Notes under the pieces: generated by a model
The model's database searches: none
What the model was told of the DNA's origin: nothing
What the model saw: only the letters and a program-made list of their open reading frames with translations
In this document: one piece after another, positions 29,560-38,059 of the stretch
How positions within the stretch are numbered: position 1 is the first letter of the stretch
How the letters are laid out: every line of letters begins with the position of its first letter
Virus record (IMG/VR): IMGVR_UViG_3300042691_047309
Span: 96,001-160,000 of that record
Source of the DNA: a virus
DNA length: 64,000 nucleotides
Strand: one strand, 5' to 3'
Program-made: the position numbers and the translations under genes

Positions 29560-30698
29560 ACATCTATTGTTATATTTGATAAAGTTTTCTGAGAAAAAAC
29601 AAATCTTCCACCAACTTTAAATCCTAAACTTTTCCAGTCAGTCAAATTAAGTTTTGATAAGTAGAAGTCTATGTTATTTTCAACCTCGTCTGACTTTGGA
29701 ATAAGAGCTAATACTGAACCATCGTAGTTCTTACATTCGTGTGTAAAGAATGGATTTTGATTTCTGGTTTTAGCATTAACATAGATTCTTCTTCTATCTG
29801 ATTTATAGAAATCACGACCCCACATCCACCAATTAGTTTCGTTGAATTTTTTGATTTTACGTTTAATTATTACATCTTTCTTAGATGTGATATAATCATT
29901 GATGATATTATAGTGAAAGGTTTTAAGTTGTCCAGTCTGTGCTGTATAAGAACAAACGAATTGCTCATTACCGGTTTCTTCTGCAAAAACTTCATCCATT
30001 CCTGACACACCTCCGACTTTAACATCAAACAAGTCACCTAATCTTGTACCTGACGGAGCATCATCTAAAAATAGAATTTGACCGTTAAGTAATGTAAAGG
30101 TTTTGACACCTGAATTTGTAATTGTTTTTCTGGAAAAGTCACCTTTTTGAAATCTAAATATTACCACAGATGGAGAGTATCCTTTAAAGACGACAGAATC
30201 ACCAAATTCGTACCAATCAGTGATTGTTCCCATATCATAAATGAATTGGTTCAGACCAATAGATGAAGTAGATTTTATAAACTCTCTTGGTGTAATAAAA
30301 ATAATCTCACCGTTATCGGTTAGGTGATTGATACTTTTTTCAATAAAGTATAGGTAAAGATTTGACTTTGCGTGCGTCACGCACTTACTGTTAATCTTTG
30401 AAAGTGTTTGTTTAAGTATTTTTTTACCTTTCACATACGGAGGATTTCCAACAATTGTGTCAAACTTTTCATCAATTGAATAATCAAAAAAATCCATGCA
30501 AATTGCATTTTCAGGACAATGATTTTGGTCGAATTCAATTCCAACTATATTCTCATTACTTAAATTATTCAGGAATATTCCATCGCCACAAGAAGGTTCA
30601 AGTATTCTTGAGCCGTTTTTTATCATTTTACACATTCTTTCAACTATATCTTCTGGTGTAAAAACTTGACCTAAATCTTCAACATTGTATTCTGACAT
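29556..30698 (-). CDS. N6-adenine DNA methyltransferase (gamma class, TaqI/Eco57I-like)
   Basis: GQVFTP, LEPSCGDG, IVGNPPY; start moved to MSEYNV at 30698 because the longer start runs through the divergent promoter. Confidence 0.9.
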   Translation of the reverse strand: MSEYNVEDLGQVFTPEDIVERMCKMIKNGSRILEPSCGDGIFLNNLSNENIVGIEFDQNHCPENAICMDFFDYSIDEKFDTIVGNPPYVKGKKILKQTLSKINSKCVTHAKSNLYLYFIEKSINHLTDNGEIIFITPREFIKSTSSIGLNQFIYDMGTITDWYEFGDSVVFKGYSPSVVIFRFQKGDFSRKTITNSGVKTFTLLNGQILFLDDAPSGTRLGDLFDVKVGGVSGMDEVFAEETGNEQFVCSYTAQTGQLKTFHYNIINDYITSKKDVIIKRKIKKFNETNWWMWGRDFYKSDRRRIYVNAKTRNQNPFFTHECKNYDGSVLALIPKSDEVENNIDFYLSKLNLTDWKSLGFKVGGRFVFSQKTLSNITIDV

Positions 30699-30737
30699 AG
30701 TTATTATATTAAAAACTATTGATAAAGTTAAGATAAT

Positions 30738-30769
30738 TTTGATAATTGAATTATTTATTATTATATTTG
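30738..30769 (+). promoter_or_regulatory. Bacteroidota housekeeping-sigma promoter
   Basis: TTTG-N20-TATATTTG, 5 nt before ATG 30775. Confidence 0.8.
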
Positions 30770-30774
30770 TCATT

Positions 30775-31365
30775 ATGAAAATTTATTTAGTAAGACTAAA
30801 AAATACTAATGTTAGATGGTTTGATAATGATTCAGACCTTACTAACTTTTTTATTAATGCACCTGAAAGACTTGATAGTTATCAAGTCACTATACTTAAT
30901 GCTGAAGTTGATACAAAAATAACCGGTGATAAATTATTTGATGCTATTCAAGAACAGTCTAATCTTGATAGAAAATTAAATGTTGTTTTAGGTAATGAAT
31001 ATGTTGATAAAGTCGAGAAATTAATTCAATTATATGAGCAGTTTTGCAAAAGGACTCCTTGGGATAAAACCAAAATGACTACAAATGCTCAAAAAGTTTA
31101 TGAAAAATTGACTACCACCACACCGGAAGAAAAACAATTTTATAAACTTATGAGTAGTAGTTGTCAAAGATATTTACTTTACTCTGTTTCTGACTCAGTT
31201 GAGTGGTACGAAGCTATGTTGGATGTTTATCCAAAAATTAAAGGTCTTGCTGAAACTTGTGAAATTGAGTATGTTGATCCTGTTACTCGTGGAACTTCTT
31301 GGAGAGGTGGTAGAACTCCTGTAAAAATGGTTAAAAACTTCGAAAAAGCAAAAAAAATAAAATAA
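30775..31365 (+). CDS. hypothetical protein (paralog of next gene)
   Basis: start moved to MKIYLV behind the promoter; shares DSVEW[YF] and NFxKAK with the 31365 gene. Confidence 0.78.
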   Translation: MKIYLVRLKNTNVRWFDNDSDLTNFFINAPERLDSYQVTILNAEVDTKITGDKLFDAIQEQSNLDRKLNVVLGNEYVDKVEKLIQLYEQFCKRTPWDKTKMTTNAQKVYEKLTTTTPEEKQFYKLMSSSCQRYLLYSVSDSVEWYEAMLDVYPKIKGLAETCEIEYVDPVTRGTSWRGGRTPVKMVKNFEKAKKIK

Positions 31366-31952
31366 TGAAAAAGTTTATAGTTTATAGTGATGTTGTTAAA
31401 ATATTTAATGAAGAAAAAGACTTAGTTAAATATTTAGCCACTCAAAAGTCAAAAAGAACTTGGTCTGGTGGTAAAATCGTTTCTAAATTAGACCTTATTG
31501 AAATTGAAACTTGTGAGATTGAAGTTCTGGAAGAATCTATTGCTTCAAAATATTTAGAGTCTTATGTAGAAAAACAAAAAAGAGAAACAAAATTGAACAG
31601 TATTTTTGGAGATACTCTTTCTCAGAATTTTGAAAAGTTTAAAACTATGTTTTTAGAGTTAGCAAAAGATGATATGAACAAAAGGAAATTTCTAACTCAA
31701 CTAGAAATAACACCAGTTGAAAAGAAATCTATCTCAAAACTTATTTCAGGTTGGGTCTCTTATCTTTTCTTATTAAATGATAGTGTTGAGTGGTTTAAAA
31801 TATTGATTGCCTTACACAACTTTAGAAAAATAAATGACTCCTATGTCACAGAAGTATTTTATTCCAACGGTTCAAGTAGATATCAAAATATCAAAATAAG
31901 TGAATCGACTAAAGAGAATTTCTATAAAGCAAAATCACTAAATAATTTTTAG
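31365..31952 (+). CDS. hypothetical protein (paralog of previous gene)
   Basis: internal RETKLNSIFG; DSVEWF; NFYKAK. Confidence 0.78.
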   Translation: MKKFIVYSDVVKIFNEEKDLVKYLATQKSKRTWSGGKIVSKLDLIEIETCEIEVLEESIASKYLESYVEKQKRETKLNSIFGDTLSQNFEKFKTMFLELAKDDMNKRKFLTQLEITPVEKKSISKLISGWVSYLFLLNDSVEWFKILIALHNFRKINDSYVTEVFYSNGSSRYQNIKISESTKENFYKAKSLNNF

Positions 31953-31959
31953 AAAATAA

Positions 31960-31990
31960 TTTGTATTGTTAATTTTTTTTACTACTTTTG
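31960..31990 (+). promoter_or_regulatory. Bacteroidota housekeeping-sigma promoter
   Basis: TTTG-N19-TACTTTTG. Confidence 0.75.
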
Positions 31991-32010
31991 TATAAATAAA
32001 ATGTATCACT

Positions 32011-32520
32011 ATGAATATGTCTAAAATCTTTTGTGTTGATTTAACTAAATACAATCAAGATCAACTTACTAAAATTTCTGATATCATCGGAATAAATTCA
32101 GGTTCTCTTGTAGAAGCAAAAGTTAATGGAACTAAACGAGTTTATTTTGATCACGAGAATAGATTATTCATCGGAGAACTTGTAAAAGATGCTACTAAGT
32201 ATATTAGAAGCTACAAAAATCTTGTTCTTACTGAAAATTTTGCACACCTTTCTAAAAGAGAAAAAGACCAATTAATTAATATGGATCCTTATAAATTCAA
32301 CACAAAAAATGTTGATAAAAACGATTTATTTAATTCTGTTGTTGAGACTGAAATTATTGAAATTAAAGGTGATGTTACTAAAAATGAAATTGTTAATGTT
32401 GTTAGAGTTTCAAATGTTGTTTTGGAAATTGACGCTATATTAGATAAAATTGCAGACTTTGGAATTAAATCATTGACCAAAGAAGAAAAAGATTTCTTGG
32501 ATAAGGAATCAATGAAATAA
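32011..32520 (+). CDS. protein with C-terminal DUF6576-like helical domain
   Basis: IDAILDKIADFGIKSLTKEEKDFL. Confidence 0.72.
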   Translation: MNMSKIFCVDLTKYNQDQLTKISDIIGINSGSLVEAKVNGTKRVYFDHENRLFIGELVKDATKYIRSYKNLVLTENFAHLSKREKDQLINMDPYKFNTKNVDKNDLFNSVVETEIIEIKGDVTKNEIVNVVRVSNVVLEIDAILDKIADFGIKSLTKEEKDFLDKESMK

Positions 32521-32646
32521 ACTTTTTTCCGATTGAAAACCAAAATCAATATCTATAATAATCAGAACTCTAACTGATAGAATAAAATGAGGGATAGAGA
32601 ATTGGCATTTTTCTATATTTTCCTTGAAAAGTAATCATATTTACTC

Positions 32647-32712
32647 ATGTGTGGAAGATTTTCTTTACAACAATTTGTTAGAGAAGAAAAAATAAATTCT
32701 ATTATTTCTTAA
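32647..32712 (+). CDS. 21-aa micropeptide or gene remnant carrying the C-terminal motif
   Basis: MCGRFSLQQFVREEKINSIIS*; stop overlaps the convergent stop as TTAA, like other gene pairs here. Confidence 0.4.
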   Translation: MCGRFSLQQFVREEKINSIIS

Positions 32713-33365
32713 TATATTCTTTTTGACGCCTCAATACAAGCAAGTACATCCTTTTCACAATACTCTTTTATCTCTTCTAATTTCCCATTCCAAAAATAAG
32801 TATTGACATCACCACCATTGATTTTATCTTTAGGTGATTCTACTCCTAACTCATAACACATTTCATCAAATGACCAAGACCAAGCAAATTTTTGTTTCCA
32901 ATCATCAGCCATATCAACAATTCTCATTTCCCAAGGTTTCTTGTTGTATGGTTTAATAATATCAGCTGGAATAATTTCATACTTGTGAAGTTTATGTAAA
33001 ACATAAGGAATATCAAAATGTAAAATACGAAATCCAGAAAGACTAAAAGATTTCTTTTCGATTTTTTTAAGTAGATTATTAAATGATTCAACAATTTCTT
33101 TCTCATCTTCACCATATATAGAACGAATTTGTGATTGACCAGAATCATCGGTGAATCCGAATGAAATACAAACAATTCTACCATAAGTTGAAATGATACC
33201 ACCCTGTTCTTTATAAGCTTCTTCTAATGAAGAATACTTATCTTCCCAATTCATACGATGGTATTTAGATTCAAAAAGTTTTGAACCTCTTTCGTCTTCT
33301 AATTTAAATGTTTCCCAGTTCGGGAATCCACAAGCTGTTTCTATATCCCAGTGAAATAATTCCAT
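32709..33365 (-). CDS. 3'-5' exonuclease (DEDD, PolB-exonuclease-like)
   Basis: WDIET, FDIPY, YCEKDV Exo I-III motifs. Confidence 0.88.
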   Translation of the reverse strand: MELFHWDIETACGFPNWETFKLEDERGSKLFESKYHRMNWEDKYSSLEEAYKEQGGIISTYGRIVCISFGFTDDSGQSQIRSIYGEDEKEIVESFNNLLKKIEKKSFSLSGFRILHFDIPYVLHKLHKYEIIPADIIKPYNKKPWEMRIVDMADDWKQKFAWSWSFDEMCYELGVESPKDKINGGDVNTYFWNGKLEEIKEYCEKDVLACIEASKRIY

Positions 33366-33416
33366 ATTTATTATACTACACAGTGAACTTAAGTTTTATT
33401 TTTTATATACCTTATT

Positions 33417-33530
33417 ATGATAAAAATAATAGAACTAATTAAAATTTATCCAATATCATTTTTTATGATAGTTGGTATATTCATAGCCTTAGTATTTACA
33501 ATTAAAGAAGAAATTGGAAGAAAAAAATGA
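33417..33530 (+). CDS. 37-aa single-pass membrane peptide
   Basis: MIKIIELIKIYPISFFMIVGIFIALVFTIKEEIGRKK*; TTATATAC upstream. Confidence 0.5.
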   Translation: MIKIIELIKIYPISFFMIVGIFIALVFTIKEEIGRKK

Positions 33531-33564
33531 TATGAGAAAAGATTAAGAGTTTTATAAATACTCA

Positions 33565-34077
33565 ATGGGTAGAAAATCATCAATCAATAAAATAAAAAGA
33601 GATAACTCTAAATCAAAAAATATAGAAGCATCTTTGGTAATGTATCTGTATCAAAAATCACATTCACCAATAACAACTAGATTCACCGGAATGGGTCTTC
33701 AAGAATGTGATGTGATATCAGTATCAAAGTCTGATTATATCTATGAGTATGAAATTAAAATAAGTCGTCAAGACTTTAAAAAAGATTTCATTAAAGAAAA
33801 ACATAATCATATCTTAAATGAGAAATTTACTTATGTTAGAAAGGGTGAACAACTTTTCAGAGTTTGTAATTACTTTAACTATGTAGTTCCAAAAGATTTG
33901 ATTTCAGTTGATGAGGTTCCAGAGTATGCTGGACTTATTTATATCAATGAGGATTTTACTTTTGAAATTGTGAAGAAACCAATATTATTACATAAGACTA
34001 AAGCAACTGCAGGATTTATCAGACAGTTAGCACATAATTTAAGTTGTAAATTAATATTTAATAAGGTTTTATCCTAG
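33565..34077 (+). CDS. MmcB-like PD-(D/E)XK nuclease
   Basis: ECDV...EYEIKISRQDFKKD, NYFNYVVP, VPEYAGLI; TATAAATA 4 nt upstream. Confidence 0.75.
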   Translation: MGRKSSINKIKRDNSKSKNIEASLVMYLYQKSHSPITTRFTGMGLQECDVISVSKSDYIYEYEIKISRQDFKKDFIKEKHNHILNEKFTYVRKGEQLFRVCNYFNYVVPKDLISVDEVPEYAGLIYINEDFTFEIVKKPILLHKTKATAGFIRQLAHNLSCKLIFNKVLS

Positions 34078-34134
34078 AACACGAGTGAACAACACAATTA
34101 TAATTTATATATACTAAAAAAATAATAAAACGTT

Positions 34135-34419
34135 ATGGATGAATACATAGGATCAATTTTACCAATGGCATTTAATTGGTCACCTAAAGGGTGGTATATT
34201 TGTCATGGTCAAGTATTATCAATTAATCAATATCAAGCACTTTTTGCACTTATTGGAACTACTTATGGTGGTGATGGTGCTACTACCTTTAAGATACCTG
34301 ATTTAAGAAAAAAGAATTCAGGTGGTAATTATTACCAACCTGGTGAGATTATGGAAGATGGAACTCCTTATATTGAGAGTTGTATCTGTGTTGAAGGTAT
34401 ATTTCCTTCGAGACCTTAA
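34135..34419 (+). CDS. phage tail-collar domain protein
   Basis: YIGSI..AFNWSPKGW..CHGQ.LSI.QYQALFALIGTTYGGDG.TTF..PDLR; GIFPSRP. Confidence 0.9.
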   Translation: MDEYIGSILPMAFNWSPKGWYICHGQVLSINQYQALFALIGTTYGGDGATTFKIPDLRKKNSGGNYYQPGEIMEDGTPYIESCICVEGIFPSRP

Positions 34420-34422
34420 ATT

Positions 34423-34453
34423 AAAACCTCATCTTTTAGATGGGGTTTTTTTT
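34423..34453 (+). terminator. intrinsic terminator
   Basis: aaaacctcatct-ttt-agatggggtttt plus T run. Confidence 0.8.
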
Positions 34454-34462
34454 ATTCTAATA

Positions 34463-34585
34463 TTTGTAAATTAAAATAATTTCCGTATATTTGTATTGTC
34501 TGATTGAGACAACGATTTAGATACAACAATCAGAAAAAAAAGATAAGGAAATATTTGGTGAAACCAGAAAAACTCCTTATCTTTG
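34463..34585 (+). promoter_or_regulatory. tandem Bacteroidota promoters
   Basis: TTTG-N19-TATATTTG (34463-34493) and TTTG-N20-TATCTTTG (34554-34585). Confidence 0.8.
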
Positions 34586-34625
34586 TAAAAGAAATTAATC
34601 ACTACAAATAAAAAACAAAGAAACT

Positions 34626-35246
34626 ATGGCAAATTTATTCGCAAAAGCAAAGAAAGCAGCACCCGCTAAAACTACAGCAGCAAAAGACAAAAAAGTTCGT
34701 CTAAACGTAACTGACCCTACATTCTTCTCTAAAGTTGAGAAGTTGGAGCAACTAAACGACACTCTTAAATCAGCTAAAGCTCAAGCTGACATGATTTCTG
34801 ACGAAATCAAAGACTTGGCTAAATCTGAGTGGGTTGATTACTACTCTCAAACTGGTAAAAACCCTGAGTCTGTTATGATTGTTCAGGAAGTTGCTGGAGA
34901 CACTGCACAAGTTATGTTCATACCTACAGACAAATACATTACCGTTACTGAGGCTCGTGCCGAAGAACTTCGTGAGACTTACGGTGAAGAAATCGTTGAA
35001 GAAGAAACTACTTTCTCTTTTGACTCAACAATGATTGAGAAATACGGTGAAGTTCTTTCTATGTTGATTGAGAACTGTGCTGATATCACAGACGCTGACA
35101 AAGAGAAAATCATCAAAGCAACTACTAAATACTCTGTCGCTAAAGGAACCATCGACAAATTGAACCAATACGGTGATGTGACTGAAGTTATGGAAGCTGT
35201 TAAACCAGTTGTAGCACTTAAGAACGTTGAAGTTATCAAAGGGTAA
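34626..35246 (+). CDS. hypothetical protein, probably highly expressed
   Basis: tandem promoters; C-ending codon bias (AAC, ATC, GAC, TAC); basic K/A-rich N-terminus. Confidence 0.8.
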   Translation: MANLFAKAKKAAPAKTTAAKDKKVRLNVTDPTFFSKVEKLEQLNDTLKSAKAQADMISDEIKDLAKSEWVDYYSQTGKNPESVMIVQEVAGDTAQVMFIPTDKYITVTEARAEELRETYGEEIVEEETTFSFDSTMIEKYGEVLSMLIENCADITDADKEKIIKATTKYSVAKGTIDKLNQYGDVTEVMEAVKPVVALKNVEVIKG

Positions 35247-35276
35247 TCCTTTGATAACTTTTTTAATATAATAATT

Positions 35277-35717
35277 ATGAAAAACACTATTTTATTTTTA
35301 ATCTCCTGTTGTATTAGTTTTCTAATAATGTTTGCTTGTAATGAAACAGACCGTGGTCCGAAAGCTCCTCAATCAAAACGAATGGAGTTAGATACCACTT
35401 CACAATACTATGACCAACAATATAAAGTTTATACACTTGAAGGATGTGAATACATTGTAGTTGGATATGGTAAGGATAGGTGGGGATCTCATAAAGGAAA
35501 TTGTAAAAATCCAATACACTCTAATGTTCCTGTTTGTAAAACACCTGTAATCGATACAGTAGAAAAACATTTCGATTGTTATGTAGAAGATTGTTATTTT
35601 GATAAAGAAATGAATTCATATGCAGTAACAACTGAATGTGGAATTCAATTTTACGATAAATCTAAACATAATAAGAATGTAGTCCTAAAAGGATTTAAAT
35701 CACCTAAACATAAATAA
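35277..35717 (+). CDS. putative lipoprotein, Cys-rich
   Basis: hydrophobic N-terminus with MFAC; GCEY..HKGNCKNPIH. Confidence 0.7.
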   Translation: MKNTILFLISCCISFLIMFACNETDRGPKAPQSKRMELDTTSQYYDQQYKVYTLEGCEYIVVGYGKDRWGSHKGNCKNPIHSNVPVCKTPVIDTVEKHFDCYVEDCYFDKEMNSYAVTTECGIQFYDKSKHNKNVVLKGFKSPKHK

Positions 35718-35718
35718 G

Positions 35719-35877
35719 ATGAAGAGAAGTAAGACTGATAGAATTGTAGGAGGAGTTTGTGGAGGTATTGGAAAATATTTTGATATAAACCCGTGGGCGC
35801 CAAGGCTAGTTTTTCTTTTAGCCGGTGGATTTTGGATATATGTTATCCTTTGGATAGCTTTAAAAGAAGAAAATTAA
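35719..35877 (+). CDS. pspC: PspC-domain membrane protein (52 aa, not in ORF track)
   Basis: MKRSKTDRIVGGVCGGIGKYFDINPWAPRLVFLLAGGFWIYVILWIALKEEN*. Confidence 0.85.
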   Translation: MKRSKTDRIVGGVCGGIGKYFDINPWAPRLVFLLAGGFWIYVILWIALKEEN

Positions 35878-35881
35878 CATT

Positions 35882-36019
35882 ATGGAAAATTGGAATAGAA
35901 ATGAATGGCAAGGTCGCCGTAAAGACCAATATGAATCATCTGCTAAGATTTTAGTTGGTTCTTTTGTTGCGATTGTTTTGATATTAGTTGTGTCTTTAAT
36001 TTATTTGGTGTGTCTTTAA
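35882..36019 (+). CDS. 45-aa membrane peptide (not in ORF track)
   Basis: MENWNRNEWQGRRKDQYESSAKILVGSFVAIVLILVVSLIYLVCL*. Confidence 0.6.
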   Translation: MENWNRNEWQGRRKDQYESSAKILVGSFVAIVLILVVSLIYLVCL

Positions 36020-36600
36020 AATTTATAACTTTACTTCTAACACTTTTTATCTTCAATCCAGTTTTGAATGAATCTAAAAAAGTTGATATTAGAGTTAAAA
36101 AAATAGACACTTCTAAAAAACAGTTGGTTCAAAAAAATATCATCATCGGTGACTCTCAATCACCATTTGTTGATTGGGGAAGTCAGAGTTTTAATTTGAT
36201 TTCATCAAAAGGTGGCCAAAGTTCTCTTTGGTTGGGAGGGAAAACTTTAGGTTGGTTGTTAGAATCCATTAAAGTTTATCCTGGTGATAGTTTAGTAACT
36301 GGTGTTGCAATTTGTATTGGAACAAACGGTGGGTTTAATAAAAATGATAAGATTTCAGAATTGGTGACCGAGTGTAAATTAAAGTTTCCAAATTCTAAAC
36401 TCTATGTAATACAGGGATCTTGGGGTTGGGGTGGTGTTTCTAATAAAACTGAAAGTGTTGTCAGAGATTACTATAAGAAGTTTTCAGAATTAGGTGTTGT
36501 AGTGGTTGAACCACCTATTGGAAAGATTGAACCACATGGTAGAAAACTAATTTATAAAAAGATTGGACAAAATTTAGATAGTTTAGTGAAAATAAACTAA
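36010..36600 (+). CDS. exported SGNH/GDSL-like hydrolase
   Basis: N-terminal hydrophobic segment; IIGDSQ block I, IGTNG block III, late His (EPH). Confidence 0.6.
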   Translation: MSLKFITLLLTLFIFNPVLNESKKVDIRVKKIDTSKKQLVQKNIIIGDSQSPFVDWGSQSFNLISSKGGQSSLWLGGKTLGWLLESIKVYPGDSLVTGVAICIGTNGGFNKNDKISELVTECKLKFPNSKLYVIQGSWGWGGVSNKTESVVRDYYKKFSELGVVVVEPPIGKIEPHGRKLIYKKIGQNLDSLVKIN

Positions 36601-36628
36601 ACAAAGTTGATAATTAAGATAAAAGTTT

Positions 36629-36636
36629 TATCTTTG
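36629..36636 (+). promoter_or_regulatory. Bacteroidota -7 element for tRNA unit
   Basis: TATCTTTG with GTTG 19 nt upstream. Confidence 0.65.
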
Positions 36637-36649
36637 TTAAAAGAAATAA

Positions 36650-36734
36650 GGTCGAGTGATGAAATCGGTATACATGACAGACTTAAAATCTGTTGGGCAT
36701 TACGCCCGTGCGGGTTCAAGTCCCGCCTCGACTA
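36650..36734 (+). tRNA. trnL: tRNA-Leu(TAA), CCA not encoded
   Basis: GGTCGAG/CTCGACT acceptor, ACAGA-CT-TAA-AA-TCTGT anticodon arm, long variable arm, GGTTCAAGTCC T-arm; followed by CAA. Confidence 0.95.
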
Positions 36735-36770
36735 CAAATAGGTAATCTTCGGAAATCCTTATAAAAAAAG

Positions 36771-36842
36771 GGTCCCATAGCTTAACGGATAAAGCCTCGG
36801 TTTTCTAAACCGATAATCCAAGTTCGATTCTTGGTGGGATCA
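36771..36842 (+). tRNA. trnR: tRNA-Arg(TCT), CCA not encoded
   Basis: GGTCCCA/TGGGATC acceptor, TCGGT-TT-TCT-AA-ACCGA anticodon arm, GTTCGATTC T-loop; followed by CAA. Confidence 0.93.
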
Positions 36843-36847
36843 CAAAA

Positions 36848-36877
36848 AAAAAGAGACTCAGATTTGAGTCTCTTTTT
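36848..36877. terminator. bidirectional intrinsic terminator
   Basis: aaaaagagactca-gatt-tgagtctcttttt. Confidence 0.8.
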
Positions 36878-36880
36878 GTT

Positions 36881-37231
36881 TTAAATAATTTCAGTTACAT
36901 CTGATGCGGTTTGACCATCTTCTTCGTCGACTTTCTGAATCAACATTTTATCTCTATCTTCAGAATTAAACCAGTAGTCAACTACTTTGTTTAGGTTACC
37001 AACAAATGCCCCTAAAAGGATAAGTAACATTTCTTTCCAATCTTCGTTAATCGAGGCTCCCATAAACACACCAGCATTTATTCCTAAAATAATGAAAAAG
37101 AAAAGTCCTAATACGATAGCTGTAATTCTCCATCTATTAGCTTGCATTTGTTGAAGCATATAATAGAATCTGTTTTTATCTTCTACTTTAACATACTCGG
37201 TCTTTGCGCTAAAAATGTTTTTAAATCTCAT
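36881..37231 (-). CDS. two-TM membrane protein, possibly holin-like
   Basis: two hydrophobic helices, LLILLGAF...VVDYWFNS; AATATATA upstream at 37246. Confidence 0.6.
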   Translation of the reverse strand: MRFKNIFSAKTEYVKVEDKNRFYYMLQQMQANRWRITAIVLGLFFFIILGINAGVFMGASINEDWKEMLLILLGAFVGNLNKVVDYWFNSEDRDKMLIQKVDEEDGQTASDVTEII

Positions 37232-37308
37232 AATATTTTTTGTTTTATATATTATAAGTCGAATTCAATAATTTTTCTAACATTTTACAAAAATTCAATA
37301 TAACATAA

Positions 37309-37995
37309 ATGATTAATATAACTAAAGGTGTCATAGTAACAGAAGTTGATTCTATAATTAAATATATCAATGAGATTAAAAAGATACCGATTCTTACAAG
37401 AGAAGAAGAGTTTGAGATTTGTCAAAGAATCAAATCTGGTGACCAATCTGCTATTTCTGAGTTAGTAAAACACAATTTAAGATTTGTTATACACACTGCA
37501 AAAAAGTATCAGAATTTAGGTCTTACATTTGAGGATTTAATATCATTTGGTAACTTGGGTCTTTACAGAGCAGTTGAAAAGTTTGATATTGATAGAGGAT
37601 TTAAGTTTATAACATTTGCTGTTTGGTATATCAAATCTGAAATAACAACCGCTATAAATGAACTATCTACTCAGGTGAGGATACCTAACTCACAGGACTC
37701 TGATAATTATGATTTTAAGTCGGAAGATGCTAATTTATCTACAAATGATGTTAGTAGATTCGATAAGAGTGATTTAATGACGGAGTTAAAAATGGTTCTT
37801 AATTGTTTGTCTAGTGAGGAATATGATTATATAACTAGATTTTATGGATTTGGATATGAGTTTGCTCAATCTATTGATGATATTGCTGAAGTAATGAGTC
37901 TATCTAATGAAAGAGTAAGACAGGTGATTAGAAAGGCTGAAAGAAGGTTAAAGAGTCATCCTAATTTAGATATATTAAGGAAATATTTAGATTAA
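37309..37995 (+). CDS. sigma-70 family RNA polymerase sigma factor (RpoD-like, shortened)
   Basis: region 1.2 YINEI..IPILTREEE, region 2 NLRFV..AKKYQ..GL..DLI..GNLGL..AVEKFD, region 4 ERVRQ. Confidence 0.92.
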   Translation: MINITKGVIVTEVDSIIKYINEIKKIPILTREEEFEICQRIKSGDQSAISELVKHNLRFVIHTAKKYQNLGLTFEDLISFGNLGLYRAVEKFDIDRGFKFITFAVWYIKSEITTAINELSTQVRIPNSQDSDNYDFKSEDANLSTNDVSRFDKSDLMTELKMVLNCLSSEEYDYITRFYGFGYEFAQSIDDIAEVMSLSNERVRQVIRKAERRLKSHPNLDILRKYLD

Positions 37996-38014
37996 AATTA
38001 TTTTTTACAAACTA

Positions 38015-38045
38015 TTTGATATTTATACTAAAAGTGGTATATTTG
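38015..38045 (+). promoter_or_regulatory. Bacteroidota housekeeping-sigma promoter
   Basis: TTTG-N19-TATATTTG. Confidence 0.8.
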
Positions 38046-38059
38046 TAAAAAATAGTAAT

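Noticed and set aside
30685-30774. Mutually overlapping Ile-rich N-terminal extensions of the 29556 and 30685 ORFs
   Set aside because: They translate the shared divergent promoter region; starts at 30698 (-) and 30775 (+) fit the promoter boxes
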